DNA of 64,000 nucleotides from Gekko japonicus (GCF_001447785.1 NW_015167060.1:1367473-1431472); one strand, 5' to 3'. Shown: positions 1 through 13,545, counted from the first letter of the stretch. Notes: generated from the sequence alone by a model not told the origin. Numbers and translations are program-made.

Positions 1-749
1 GAGGACAATCCCTCACGCTCTGTAAGTGCCTGCATCCCTCTCAGACACAACCTCTTAACCTGCATGTCTCATTTGTTCCATTCGCCCCTGTATACTTCCT
101 GCATTCTTCCCAGATTCTGTGTACATTCACTGCATGCCTTTCTATGGCCCCATCGTGCGCCTCCAAGTTCTTGCGTACCTTGCACATTACCCCTGGCACT
201 GCACAGGCCCTTTTAACGATCACTCGAGTGCTCCATGGCCGCTGCCCCAAGAAGCAACAGCTACATTAACCTGGGAGTAGCTAAACAGTGGCTAAAGGCA
301 GTTGACTAGAAGTCAATAGGAATCTACCCCTAATGCAACCAGGAGACATATGGCAATTAATAAATGCCATCCAAGTGTAATGCACATTTCCTCAGGGTCT
401 TATGGGCATCAGAAAAACCCTGCTGTATCTGGCCAAATGTCCACCTAGTCCAGCAGCTTTGGCTTCCTGGGAGTTTAAAAGCAGAGCAGGAGGGATATAC
501 CCAGAGTGGTAGTCCTCCCTGGTTGTCGGTCCCCAGCATCTGGCACTCTTGAGTATCCCGGCCTCTGATCGTATAGCAGAGACTCTGCTAATAGTGGTCT
601 TCCGCACAGAACACATACACCAGAAAAAAAGTCTTTCTTTTCTAAGTTACTTTGCATTCCCTAAGAAGTTCATTATTTCATTGGGTCATCGTAGGTCAGA
701 AGCAACTTGATGGCACTTCACATACACACACATAGAAGGGGTGTGTGTA

Positions 750-1040
750 GAGAGCCAGTTTGGTGTAGTGGTTAAGTGCGCGGACTCTAATCTGGGAGAA
801 CCGGGTTTGATTCCCCACTCCTCCACTTGCACCTGCTGGATGACCTTGGGCAAGCCATAACTCTGGCACAGCTGTTCTTGAAAAAAAGAGTATTTTCTGT
901 CAAGAGCTCTCTCAGCCCCACCTACCTCACAGGGTGTCTGTTGTGGGGAGGGGAAGGGAAAAGAGCTTGTAAGCCGCTCTGAGACACCTTTGGGTAGTGA
1001 AGGGCAGGGTATAAATCCAATCTCTTCTTCTTCTTCTTCC
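750..1040 (+). mobile_element. tRNA-derived SINE (Squam3-like, gecko type)
   Basis: Head GAGAGCCAGTTTGGTGTAGTGGTTAAG with A-box and GGTTTGATTCCC B-box-like motif; (TTC)n tail; many near-identical copies in the window. Confidence 0.85.
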
Positions 1041-1902
1041 ATCTAGCTGGGCAGGGCACAGAATCCATCATCATACTACATGTGCCTAGGACCTAGATGC
1101 CTAGGCTGGTTGTGAAATCTCTTTCTTTGGGGATTTTCGAGGAAAGGCTGGATAACAGGTTATCTGCCAGAGATGTTGTAGGGATGGGATATTTTGCTAT
1201 AGCAGAGATGGTCCACGAGATCCCAGTTCCCAGGAGCTCTCAAGGAGGCGATGGTCCGCCCTCTCTTAAAAAAACCAACCTTAGACCCGGCCAAATTGGA
1301 CAGCTATCGGCCGGTGTCCAATTTGCCCTATTTGGGCAAATTGATTGAGAGGGCGGTGGCGGTACAGCTGCAGGGTTTTCTGGATGACGCTTCTACTCTT
1401 GATCCCTTCCAGTCCGGCTTCCGCCCGGGTCACGGGACGGAGACGGCATTGGTCACCCTTACTGACGACCTCCGTAGGCACCTGGATCGGGGTGGTTCGG
1501 CGGTGCTGCTGTTGCTAGACCGGTCGTGGGCAAGCCATAACTCTGGCACAGCTGTTCTTGAAAAAAAGAGTATTTTCTGTCAAGAGCTCTCTCAGCCCCA
1601 CCTACCTCACAGGGTGTCTGTTGTGGGGAGGGGAAGGGAAAAGAGCTTGTAAGCCGCTCTGAGACACCTTTGGGTAGTGAAGGGCAGGGTATAAATCCAA
1701 TCTCTTCTTCTTCTTCTTCCATCTAGCTGGGCAGGGCACAGAATCCATCATCATACTACATGTGCCTAGGACCTAGATGCCTAGGCTGGTTGTGAAATCT
1801 CTTTCTTTGGGGATTTTCGAGGAAAGGCTGGATAACAGGTTATCTGCCAGAGATGTTGTAGGGATGGGATATTTTGCTATAGCAGAGATGGTCCACGAGA
1901 TC
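847..1902. repeat. Identical 376-bp direct duplication (847-1222 and 1527-1902) flanking an L2 fragment
   Basis: Both copies run TGGGCAAGCCATAAC...GTCCACGAGATC at an offset of 680 bp; no differences seen by eye. Confidence 0.9.
1223..1526 (+). mobile_element. L2 LINE ORF2 internal fragment (start of RT domain)
   Basis: Translation VRPLLKKPTLDP..YRPVSNLPYLGKLIERAV..DPFQSGFRPGHGTETALV..LLLLD is typical L2 RT; CpG-rich and frame is open. Confidence 0.9.
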
Positions 1903-2125
1903 GTATCATATTCTATGATTTGGTGTGCTAGATTTGAAAATTATTGCAAAGCTGAAAAACCAAGTCCACTGAACCTTTTGTCTTTCAATGTTTTGCCTCT
2001 GGGAAAGGCAAGATTCTTTTTCTGCACTGGCGAGATCTTTTTCTGTAATCCTGTTCAATGGTTTGGGGAAGAAGAAGTATACTCCTCATCTCACACCTAG
2101 CAATTCGTTAATCTAGTTCTACACC

Positions 2126-2550
2126 CAGGGGTCGTTTCGTAGAAAAAGAGCTAGGGGAACTCATTAGCATAACTCATTAGCATATGCCACACCCCCTGAC
2201 ATCACCGGAAGTGTGTCATAAGGCCACACACCCCGCCCCCAACAGTCCTGGCCCCCGCCGCCATGCAGCTTCACTACCGAGCCCCATGAGGGGCCGGGCG
2301 GTGGACCTGCAAGGCCGGTGGGAGTGCAAGGAGGCCCCGCGAAAGCCCTCCCTGGCCCCAGGCAGGCAGGGTTGGGGAGAGGCAGGGAGGAAGCAACTTA
2401 CCCTCCCTGTTCTCCTTCCTCCTCCTGGCTGAATGAGGGCCGGAAGCGGGGCGGCTGGAAGCAGGGGGTGGGGCTTCGTCATGTGCCCCGCCCCCCGTAC
2501 CTCACCCGGGGGGACTGCGATCCCCCGCGATCCCCCCGAAATGACCTCTG
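2126..2550 (+). mobile_element. hAT-type MITE (CAGGGGTC family)
   Basis: TIR CAGGGGTCGTTTCG / CGAAATGACCTCTG; 8-bp TSD TCTACACC on both sides. Confidence 0.85.
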
Positions 2551-3119
2551 TCTACACCCCTCACACATATTCTTGATTCTATTTCATGAATGTTCCTACC
2601 TTTGACTGATCTGATTGGGAACTGGTAATATTGTCTCAGATACATGTTTTCCCAGTAGGCACATGTTCTGGATACTCAGGCAAGCTCTCTTTGTGGTAAC
2701 TTTATTAACTCCGAGTGGGCACCACAGGGTGCCCTCTATTCATAACTCATTCAAAACTTCAGCACAAGGGCCAGAGCTATGTACTGGGAACATCCATGAG
2801 TTCACTGGGATTGATATCTGAAGCAAAACTGGGCTTTAAAAATCAAGTTTCTTGTCCTTATGGTTGCGGAGAAAATCTTGAAAACTTGGAGGGCAATCTC
2901 TGGCAAAATCTCACAGAAAAGGCTACTGGGGAACATGGTATATGTGTGTTGGGGGAGGGGGGGGAGAGATTGTGCCTGCTGGTAGCATTAGTGTCCCGTA
3001 ATGCTTCTCTTCCCCAGCAATGGGAAGTTCAAAGCAGCCTTTACAAAGTCAGTCTCTTTGTAAAGTCGGGGGGACGGGGGGGACAGGTGAGTGGCAATGT
3101 AACAATCTGATTGCTTACC

Positions 3120-3514
3120 CAGGGCTCTTTTTGCAGAAAAAGCCCAGCAGGAACTCATTAGCATAATAGGCCACACCCAACAGCAGAAACACATTAGCAT
3201 ATTAGGCCACACCCCTTACAGAGCAGCTCATTAGCATATTTGGCCGCACCCCCATGTTACCAGAAGTGTGGTCATGCAACCACCCCCACCTTTTGCTTCT
3301 TATTCTGTTTACCCTGTTTGTTGTCAAAACCCAGGGCTTTTTTGTAGCAGGAACTCCTTTGCATGTTAGGCCACACACCCCTAATGTAGCCAATCCTAAT
3401 GAGTTCCTGCTGTTGGGTGTGGCCTATTATGCTAATGAGTTCCTGCTGGGCGTGGCCAACTTGGGAGCCAGCCGGAACTCTGTTCCTGTGCGTTCCTGCC
3501 CAAAAATAGCCCTG
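3120..3514 (+). mobile_element. hAT-type MITE (CAGGGCT family), with a second internal left end near 3331
   Basis: TIR CAGGGCT...AGCCCTG; imperfect TSD GCTTAC; repeated ATTAGCAT motifs; homologous to 55796-56109. Confidence 0.75.
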
Positions 3515-3523
3515 GCTTACACA

Positions 3524-3930
3524 CATCCAGGGAAGGGCAACCAGGTTAGTGAGAGGTATAGAAACCAACCTCTATGAGGAAAGGTTGAAAGAGCTTGAAG
3601 AAGAGAGGACTAAGGGGAGATGTGATTGCTGTCTTCATGCATCTGAAGGGCTGTCATGTAGAAGATGAGTGGACGGGTGATCTTGTGCTCAAGAGGGCAG
3701 GACTAATGAGTGGAGATTGTATGGAAGTAGATGTCAGTTCAATATTAGAAAAAACTTCCTAATGGTAAGAGTTGTACAATACTGGAACAGACTACATCGG
3801 GAGGTGACAGACTCTCCTGCACTGGAAGTCTTTGGGCAGTGACCAGATAGGGATCTATCAGGGATGCTGTAGTTGCATGTTTCTGACTTGAGCAGGGGGG
3901 TTGATTAAATGACCTCCAAGGTCCCTTCTC
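3524..3930 (+). mobile_element. CR1 LINE 3' fragment
   Basis: Degenerate CR1 ORF2 C-terminus (YEERLKEL..RRLRGD) and CR1 tail GACCTCCAAGGTCCCTTC. Confidence 0.8.
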
Positions 3931-4509
3931 ACACACGATGACCCTAAAGGCTGAGCAGGTATCACACTGGTGCAGAAGCTAGCACACAGGCATGTAGTGA
4001 CAGTCCAAAAGTATCCCTGCTAAAATACAAACTCTCTGCCAGCCAAAAGCCAACCTGCTCCTTTCAGCTGTTCTCAGAGAAACTCTGCCAGACAAAACTG
4101 AAAACAGCCATGCCACTTCAGTAAGAAGGGCTATCTTCAGATACGTTCCAGGCAGCTGGATTCTAAACAATTGCCCATTCGTTCCTAGTTGCTCACCATC
4201 AGAGGCAGGCCACATCAGAGCCTAAAAGAGACAGCTGCTTCTCAGTTTTTCATAATACAACAGCACGGCTCTCTGCAATGCTGCTATAAGCTTCCTCTCC
4301 CCAATCACCACCATCCATTTTCCTATTAGCCATTTCATTCTGGGGGGGGGGATCCCTTCCCCAAAGTGAAAATTGGCTCAAGGGCAAAATAAATGATGCA
4401 GAAACTAGGGGATATGTGTAAACATGCTTGCATTTATTTGGGTTGGGAAAGTGTGTAGTTCCTTGGGGGAGGGCTACATTTGGATATATTTATTCTTCAT
4501 TTATTTATT

Positions 4510-4700
4510 ATTTATTTTTGCCATCAAGTCACAGCTGACTCGTGGCAACCACTCATGGGATTTCAAGGCAAGAGACATTCAGAGGTGGTTTGCTATTGCT
4601 TACCTCTGTGTAGCAACCCTGGGCTTCCTTGGTGATCTCCCAGCCAAATACTAACCAGGGCCAACCCTGCTTAGCTTCCGAGATCTGAAAAGATTGAGCT
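4510..4700 (-). mobile_element. 5S rRNA-derived SINE (5S-Sauria-like)
   Basis: Reverse complement contains GATCTCGGAAGCTAAGCAGGGT..TGGTTAGTATTTGG (5S internal promoter region) followed by a BovB/Sauria-like tail. Confidence 0.75.
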
Positions 4701-4704
4701 TTAT

Positions 4705-4892
4705 TTATTTAGCCCTCTTTAATTTCGCCCTTTCTCTAAGGAGCTCAGGGCAGTGTGTATTATTCTTCCATTGATGCTCACAAAAAACCCTGCAAGGCAT
4801 GCTGGGAGTGACTAGCCCAAGGTCACCCAGCGAGCTTCCATGGCAGAGCAGTGATTTGAACCTGGGTCTCCCAGCTCCTCGTCTGACACTCT
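4705..4892 (-). mobile_element. Older tRNA-SINE with L2-like tail
   Basis: Minus-strand GGTTCAAATC B-box and CTGCCATGGAAGCT core; related copies at about 14085-14295, 16920-17120, 57090-57300 and 61660-61880. Confidence 0.65.
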
Positions 4893-5782
4893 GTTTTAAT
4901 TTTAATAAGAGAACACAGTTGTAACTGTGGCGCCCAGCGAGCATTATTCCTCAGAGGCAAAACTAAGCTCACAATCAAGTGCTATGGCTCGCTCAATTCT
5001 GTATCCTTCCAGGTTGGATGAGAAAAAAGGGAATCCAAACCAAGCTCTATGCATCGGGGAGATGCTAAATGTGGAAACTGTGGTTGTGCGAAATAACAAC
5101 AAAGTCCCCTCTCAAAAAGTGCAAAAGCTGTGGGTTATTTGAAGGATGCATGCCAAGAGTACAGGAATTGTTTATTAAACCTTTTGACAGCAGCAAAAAT
5201 CATCACTGCTAAGGCAAAGAAGTCTGCCGAAAGATTGGCTTGCTAAACTGTGAGAAATTGCAGAGATGTAGAAACTGGCATTTTATGTTCATCTGAGAGA
5301 AAAGGATATTAAATATAGAATCATTGGTGAGTAAGTGGAAATTATTTTTGAATTGCGGGGATAATGTGAAAGGGGCAGATCTAGTCTCCCAGCATGATTT
5401 GTTTTTTGAGCAAGTGAGGCCAACGGGGGTGTGACCCGTGATGCAATTTTGTCCATGCAGTCCTAAGACAGTCCCCTGTTGACGGTGTCCAGTTGGTCTC
5501 AGAGGTCACAGGAGGCTTTCGTAAAGGGAGTGAAATTTACTGCTTTGGCTTCTTCTTCTGACCAGTGCTGGCATCGACTTCTACCCGTGTGGTGCCCCCT
5601 CTGTTCTAAGTGTGCAAGAGAGTTGCCAGGATCAGACCAGAGTGGGAGGACAACAAGGACTCTTTCTGTGGGCACCTAGAAGAGCAAGACAGGCACTTCC
5701 ACTGTCCTCACCTACCCTCCGGTATGTTCTGAACGGAGTGTGATTCCACAGCAAGGGAAGGACCAGCTTCTGAGCTCTGGGT

Positions 5783-6251
5783 AGGGTTGCCAACCTCCAG
5801 GTGGGGCCTGGATACCTCCTGCCATTAGAATTGATCTCCAGGGAACTGCTCTCTGTTGCTGTTTTAGAGGGCGTTTTAGAGGGTGGACTCTATGGCACTG
5901 GAATAGGAGTTGTTTTTTATTCCCTGTTTTTCACTACCTGGAGTCTTGAAGAGGCTTACAACTGCCTTCCCTTCCTCTCCCCACAACAGACACCATGTGA
6001 GATAGGTGGGGCAGAGAGAGCTCTGAGAGAGCTGTGACTGACCCAAGGTCACCCAGCTGGCTACATGTGGAGGAGTAGGGAATCAGACCTGGTTATCCAG
6101 ATTAGAGCCCGCCTCTCTTAACCATTTATATCCTATCGCAGCTGGCTGTCATTGTACCCTGCTGAAGTCCCTCCCCTCCACAAACCCCCCCCTTCTCAGG
6201 TTCCACTCCCCAAATCTCCAGGTATTTCACAAACCAGAGCTGGCAACCCTA
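5783..6251. mobile_element. TAGGGTTGCC-family hAT MITE interrupted by a minus-strand Squam3-like SINE (about 5900-6130)
   Basis: Termini TAGGGTTGCC...GGCAACCCTA; SINE body lies inside. Confidence 0.7.
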
Positions 6252-9200
6252 TGCATTGGGGCCACACAGAGCACCACCATCACCACCACCCCTGGTTCTT
6301 GTTTACACAGACTGTTTCCAATTCAAATAATAATATTTTTCTCTGACATATACCTGACCAGGGCCAAAATGGGATTCTTATTCATGCTTACATGATTTCA
6401 GGACTACTGCCGCTGGAGCTCCTGGCCTTGGCCTAGCCAGTCTTTTCCTGCCCTACCTAGAACTGGCCACTTTTCTTCTTTGCCCTGCACAGGGTCCATG
6501 TCCACCGCGGCATACGGTTGTTTCCATGAGCTTCTGCACCAAGTCCTTGCAGCCACCTAATGGATCCTATCTCATCACCTTTCCCGTCTCTGCTCTGCAG
6601 TTTCTCAGATGGCCAGAAGAGGGCACTGTGCATCACTCCCTTGCTGAGTCAGCCCTCCACCCACTGGTCCCATGTCAGCCAGATGTGCGCTGACACAGAC
6701 CACTCACTGCAGCTAGAAGAGAGAGGAAGGCAGGAACCAGAGAGCTCCCAGGGAGCCAACCTGCCAGGCATTGCACCCCGCTCACGTCTGGCTGCCGAGT
6801 GTAGTAAGGTACTGCAGCTAATTTACGTGGGGAAGATAAACGGCGCCATAACGCTCCGGTTATTACCCCTCAGCACTTTTACAGCGTTGCTGGCAATTAA
6901 TTTAATTAAAACCCCTGTCCTGGATATAAAGGCATTTCATAATTCACTGATTTAACAACTCTCACTCCCCCCCCATCCCAGCCCCCACCTCTGTTGCCGG
7001 CAGCTCAACCAGGGGGCATCTGGATCCAACAAACACTCGCGCACACACGCGTCTGCACACAGAGAGAAGTCTGTATACCTGCCAATCAGACAATCCTGCC
7101 ATAAAATATTCACTGGTGGCAAGCATGCTGCTTTTTGTACACAGAATTCATACATACTACGTGTTGGAAACACATACTGTAGTCTTCACCCATGTCCACT
7201 GAGGTGTAGTATACCAAAAGGGACACATTAAAAATAGAGCATGGAGCATCTCAGCACGTATGAGCACATGAGGTACTGTGTAGGCCAGCCATTGAAAGAG
7301 AGATAAAAATCCAAGTACATTGCAATCCCACCAAATGTGCACATGGGATCCAAAAGCATACCTGACATGGGCACACAGCTTTGCCCATAGCCACTCCATT
7401 CACACCTCGAACACCATGACAGTAATCCTGAATTGCGCAGCCTCCTCTGGTCCTACAGAAACATATCCTGTGTATCTGCCTGATCCACCTACTGCTGGGC
7501 TACTTACCTACAGGCAGGAACATCATCTTATTGGGAACAGCTTTATTTATTCCATTTACTCCCCTCCCCAACACATTATGGCTATAAAGCGCAATATGTC
7601 CTTTTCCTTCCACTCACCAGCCAAAGGTTTCTTGTGTCTGGCACAGAGAAACAGCACCTGGCAATGCAAGAGTGTGTCTGCAGAGCCCTGCGCTTTTAAT
7701 CCCGCCATGCGAAGTGAATTTAGCAGCCTCTAAAATTGGGCATTCAGCTTTGTCACAAAAACTAATGCACACAATCTAGCACAGAAGCACGAGCAATAGT
7801 CCCTGGTAGAAGAAATTCTGGAGCGGGAAGTTATGCAGGGGTTGAGAATTGGGGATAGCAGGTGGGGTGGGACAGAACACAAGCGAGAGGGGCTGGGAGA
7901 CAGTGTGACAGTGAAACCCAGAAATAAAAGCTCAGGACGCTTCAGGTTGGTGTGATACTGGCAAGCACTGAGTGTTGTCCATAAGCTGGTGTGGGATAGA
8001 AAAGGTTTATGGGATGAGGCGCATTTGCAGTGCGGTGTGTATGGAAGCACACAGCTGGACTTCTGGAAAGGTGCTGAAAGGTCAGGATTGAGAGATATTG
8101 GCAGAGTTTGCAGGGTGGGAGGGAGGGAAGGAGGACAATCAGGTGCTGGACAAGACAGGAATGATGTGCTGGGACGCTGCATTGCCGTGGTCAAACGGCA
8201 GACTGCAGAGTATGTATGTTGTCACCAGGAAAAGGATGGCTTTTTCTCCTCTGCCAGCTCATCTCTGTTGAATTATGCTTTTGATGGTTATACCCGTGAC
8301 CCTCATTGACTAAGGTCTTGTCTATATCTGCGGTGGAATAAAACGGTAAAATCTAATGGTGGCAGAGTGGAATGCATCATTTCAAACTGTAGGCAGAGGG
8401 GCCCACATTTTTAAACGCTCCCCTGATTTTAAACATTTGATGCAAGTGGGGGGGGGGTTGTACCCTGCTGAAGTCCCTCCCCTCCACAAACCCCACCCTT
8501 CTCAGGTTCCACTCCCCAAATCTCCAGGTATTTCACAAACCAGAGCTGGCAACCCTATGCATTGGGGCCACACAGAGCACCACCATCACCACCACCCCTG
8601 GTTCTTGTTTACACAGACTGTTTCCAATTCAAATAATAATATTTTTCTCTGACATATACCTGACCAGGGCCAAAATGGGATTCTTATTCATGCTTACATG
8701 ATTTCAGGACTACTGCCGCTGGAGCTCCTGGCCTTGGCCTAGCCAGTCTTTTCCTGCCCTACCTAGAACTGGCCACTTTTCTTCTTTGCCCTGCACAGGG
8801 TCCATGTCCACCGCGGCGTACGGTTGTTTCCATGCGCTTCTGCACCAAGTCCTTGCAGCCGCCTAATGGATCCTGTCTCATCACCTTTCCCATCTCTGCT
8901 CTGCAGTTTCTCAGATGGCCAGAAGAGGGCACTGTGCATCACTCCCTTGCTGAGTCAGCCCTCCACCCACTGGTCCCATGTCAGCCAGATGTGCGCTGAC
9001 ACAGACCACTCGCTGCAGCTAGAAGAGAGAGGAAGGCAGGAACCAGAGAGCTCCCAGGGAGCCAACCTGCCAGGCATTGCACCCCGCTCACGTCTGGCTG
9101 CCGAGTGTAGTAAGGTACTGCAGCTAATTTACGTGGGGAAGATAAACGGCGCCATAACGCTCCGGTTATTACCCCTCAGCACTTTTACAGCGTTGCTGGC

Positions 9201-10694
9201 AATTAATTTAATTAAAACCCCTGTCCTGGATATAAAGGCATTTCATAATTCACTGATTTAACAACTCTCACTCCCCCCCCATCCCAGCCCCCACCTCTGT
9301 TGCCGGCAGCTCAACCAGGGGGCATCTGGATCCAGCAAACACTCGCGTGGTGGCAAACATGCTGCTTTTTGTACACAGAATTCATACATACTACGTGTTG
9401 GAAACACACACAGTAGTCTTCACCCATGTCCACTGAGGTGTAGCATACCAAAAGGGGCACATTAAAAATAGAGCATGGAGCATCTCGGCACGTATGAGCA
9501 CATGAGGTACTGTGTAGGCCAGCCATTGAAAGAGAGATAAAAATCCAAGTACATTGCAATCCCACCAAATGTGCACATGGGATCCAAAAGCATACCTGAC
9601 ATGGGCACACAGCTTTGCCCATAGCCACTCCATTCACACCTCGAACACCATGACAGTAATCCTGAATTGCGCAGCCTCCTCTGGTCCTACAGAAACGTAA
9701 CCTGTGTATCTGCCTGATCCACCTACTGCTGGGCTACTTACCTACAGGCAGAAACATCATCTTATTGGGAACAGCTTTATTTATATTCCATTTACTCTCC
9801 TCCCCAACACATTATGGCTATAAAGCGCAATATGTCCTTTTCCTTCCACTCACCAGCCAAAGGTTTCTTGTGTCTGGCACAGGGAAACAGCACCTGGCAA
9901 TGCAAGAGTGTGTCTGCAGAGCCCTGCGCTTTTAATCCCGCCATGCGAAGTGAATTTAGCAGCCTCTAAAATTGGGCATTCAGCTTTGTCACAAAAACTA
10001 ATGCACACAATCTAGCACAGAAGCACGAGCAATAGTCCCTGGTAGAAGAAATTCTGGAGCGGGAAGTTATGCAGGGGTTGAGAATTGGGGATAGCAGGTG
10101 GGGTGGGACAGAACACAAGCGAGAGGGGCTGGGAGACAGTGTGACAGTGAAACCCAGAAATAAAAGCTCAGGACGCTTCAGGTTGGTGTGATACTGGCAA
10201 GCACTGAGTGTTGTCCATAAGCTGGTGTGGGATAGAAAAGGTTTATGGGATGAGGCGCATTTGCAGTGCGGTGTGTATGGAAGCACACAGCTGGACTTCT
10301 GGAAAGGTGCTGAAAGGTCAGGATTGAGAGATATTGGCAGAGTTTGCAGGGTGGGAGGGAGGGAAGGAGGACAATCAGGTGCTGGACAAGACAGGAATGA
10401 TGTGCTGGGACGCTGCATTGCCGTGGTCAAACGGCAGACTGCAGAGTATGTATGTTGTCACCAGGAAAAGGATGGCTTTTTCTCCTCTGCCAGCTCATCT
10501 CTGTTGAATTATGCTTTTGATGGTTATACCCGTGACCCTCATTGACTAAGGTCTTGTCTATATCTGCGGTGGAATAAAACGGTAAAATCTAATGGTGGCA
10601 GAGTGGAATGCATCATTTCAAACTGTAGGCAGAGGGGCCCACATTTTTAAACGCTCCCCTGATTTTAAACATTTGATGCAAGTGGGGGGGGGGG
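6152..10694. repeat. About 2.3-kb tandem duplication (6152-8457 and 8458-10694)
   Basis: Near-identical copies with scattered SNPs and an indel of about 70 bp (7040-7115 absent from copy 2); junction lies in a poly-G run. Confidence 0.92.
6810..6955. promoter_or_regulatory. Candidate conserved non-coding element/enhancer (second copy 9116-9261)
   Basis: Non-repetitive, rich in TAAT/ATTA (CAATTAATTTAATTAAAA), GATAA, retained CpGs; conservation not tested. Confidence 0.5.
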
Positions 10695-12360
10695 AACTGG
10701 CACATCAGAGAAAAACGTTTTAGCATAGCGCGGCTTTCATCCTACTGTGCTAGTTCTACTTTCAGGGAGCCGTTTCATGCAGGGGAGCTTTCAAAAAGCA
10801 ATCCCTCATCAGCAGTCTGAAGACGTAGAGGCCACTCTACCACCTCAGGATTTCCCCACCTCATTCGCATGTCATGGTGCCGCACTGGGTAGATCCTGTC
10901 TGAATCGGTGAGATGACCTGGAATGTTTAATTAGTTGCTCAGGAAACCAAACAGTTTGCAGTCCAGTTCCAGTAAGGGAATGGAAAGCTGTCAGGTTAGC
11001 TGGGAATGTGAAACCTCACATGAAGCAGGTTGGGGTGTGTGTGTGTGTGTCACAGAATCTAAAACACAGGGAGCCCAGAGGGCAGAAGAGAGAGTTAGAA
11101 GAGGCAGTGGACTGAGAAAAAGAGCTTGAAGGAAGAGTAGGTAGAGGCTGAAGCTTGAGGGGGAAAACTGAATCAGGGCACTGAAAGGGGCTCAAAGAGA
11201 GGACTCTTAAGAAACTTCGCAGTGTTTAATATCAGGGCAGCCATAGCCATGGGACATATAGGGCAGTTGCCACGGACCCTGCATGGGGGGGGGGCTCCTG
11301 CCACTGCACAGCCAGATGCCCTAGCCACTGCTCTGAATCTACCACTGCCACAAGTTGTTGCTGTAGCAGCTTCAGGGAAGCTCAGCTGTAGGGTGGTTGG
11401 AAGGCCTCCCACTGCTCCACAGCTGGTTGCTTCTCTGCCTGGCAGAGGTCACTGTCCTCAACTCCAGAGGCTTTGGAACTGTGCAGGGGTGGCAGCTTTG
11501 CTCAGACTGGGTGGCAATCAGCTGCAGGGGGTGGGGCCCCTTCCAACAACCCTGCATCTCTAAGCTGCCCGGAAGCCCCCACTGCCACAGCTCCCGAGGC
11601 TCCAGAGTCATGAACGGCAGCTCACATGCCATCTGCCACCAGTTGGGATGGGATGCCTGACCCAACTTACAGGCAGGCATGACAACAGGAAACTAGTGTT
11701 CCCAAGGTCTTCAGGCTTGCTTGGGCTCAGGAGCATGGTGTGAGGGGGAGGGGGAGGGGCTTCAGCCTTACCTCCTGCACCATTTGTACAAAGGCACAGA
11801 TTAGCCATAGGAGGTCCTGTTTTCCCTGATGTGGGACTTCACGGGCACCCCAACCCAACTCGTGGCAGATGTCATGTCTAGTTTGGCCTGGCAGCAGCCG
11901 GTATCAGTCAGCTATAGTGGGGTGTGCCACCCCGCCCACTGCACCCGGTGGTTCTGGGGCTCCATCCTTGACTTTTGGCCAGGTGCCCAGAATCACTAAT
12001 ATTGCCCCTGTTGAGCACCAATATAGGCTTGGGCTAAGGAGGGCTAGGTAGGTTGGTTGAGGGGAGAAGAAGTGGGGAAAGTAGGGCTTTAAAGGTTTTG
12101 TGGGTACCTGAGAATATTCTAGACAATATGGTGGGAGTTTTGCAACTGGACTGTCCAGTATTTTTAAAGATCCGGTTACCAGGTTGAGACCTGATTCAGA
12201 TGGGGATCATCATGACACAAAGGGGGAAGATGTTTACGTTTTCCCCATGCTGTTTTTCCAAGCCAAAATGGGCCTGGAGACTATTTGCTCCATTGGGACA
12301 GTTGCATGTTTCCCAAAAAGGCCAAATAGCAACTCTTCAGGGTCATTTTGATCAGGAAAA

Positions 12361-13545
12361 TAGTTTATTTATTTATTTATTAGTTTGATTTATATCCCGC
12401 CCCCCCAAAGGCTCAGGGCGGCTCACATGTGGCAAAGCCGAGTGCAAAATACAATACACCATACAACAAACACAACATTTAAAATCAGAATAAAACCTTC
12501 CAATGGTATGGTGCTATGCCTATATTAATCCTCCAAGATGGGAACAACCCCCCCAGATTTGGTGGCCAGCTGTCTCAGTAGCGTGGTCTCCCACTACACT
12601 GTCTCGAACTTCTGCCTGGGCCCGCTTGCCCCCGTTTTTATAGGGCAGCCAATGACTTGCCACCTCGGTGGTAGAATAGTGGCGGCGGCGGCTCCTACTC
12701 AAACGCCTGGTGGAAGAACTCCATCTTGCAGGCCCTGCGGAACTGCATAAGGTCCCGCAGGGGCCAGATCTCCTCTGGGAGCTTGTTCCACCAGGTAGGA
12801 GCCGACACCGAAAAATGCCCTGGCCCTAGTAGAGGCAAACTTAATCTCTTGGGGACCTGGCACTCCGAGGAGGTGGAGATTCCCCAATCGTAGTGCTCTT
12901 GAGGGAACATACGGGAAGAGACGGTCCTTCAGGTAAGCTTAATGTCAGTGCCGTGGCAGGCGCGCGCGAGGGTGGGGTTTCCCCCGGGCCCCGATTTTGC
13001 GGGAGTGGAAAGCGGGGCTCGAAAGCGGGGGGGGGAAAATCCGCCCCCCGAGGGCATTTGGCAGCCCTAGGTAAGCTGGACCCTGGCCATTCAGGGCTTT
13101 AAAGGTGAGAACCAGCACTTTGAAGTGAATCCGGTATGCTATCGGCAGCCAGTGCAGCGCTTGCAGCCCAGGCCGAATATAGTCTCGCCTAGAGAGGCAC
13201 AACAACAACCTGGCCGCAGCATTCTGCACTAGCTGCAGTTTCCGGATTTGTGACAGAGGCAGCCCTAAGTAGAGAGCGTTACAGTAGTCAAGCCTCGAGG
13301 TGACCGTCGTGTGGATCACAGTGGCCAGGCCTCCACGATCAAGGTAGGGAACCAACTGCCGGGCCAGCCGCAGATGATAAAAGGCCGCCTTGGCAGTGGC
13401 TGCTACCTGGGCCTCCATTGTCAACGAGGAGTCCAGGAGCACCCCCAGACTCCTAGCCTCCCGGTGAGGCACCAATGGTACCCCGTTGAAGACCGGGAGT
13501 GGGAGCCCCAACCCCAGACCGGTCCGACTTAGGCCCAGTATGGAC
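12361..13545 (-). mobile_element. Young 5'-truncated L2 LINE (ORF2 C-terminus, 3' UTR, (TAAA)n tail), interrupted at about 12940-13069
   Basis: ARSLGVLLDSSLTM..TSRLDYCNALYLGLP..KLQLVQNAAARLL..LHWLPI..RIHFKVLVLTFKALNG.GPAYL; GGTAAGCT duplicated around the inserted segment. Confidence 0.92.

Noticed and set aside
750-825. tRNA gene
   Set aside because: It is the tRNA-like head of a multi-copy SINE.
686-1042. Recurrent MEEEEEEIGFIP ORFs (also 1459-1722 and 26706-26960)
   Set aside because: Antisense translations of SINE copies.
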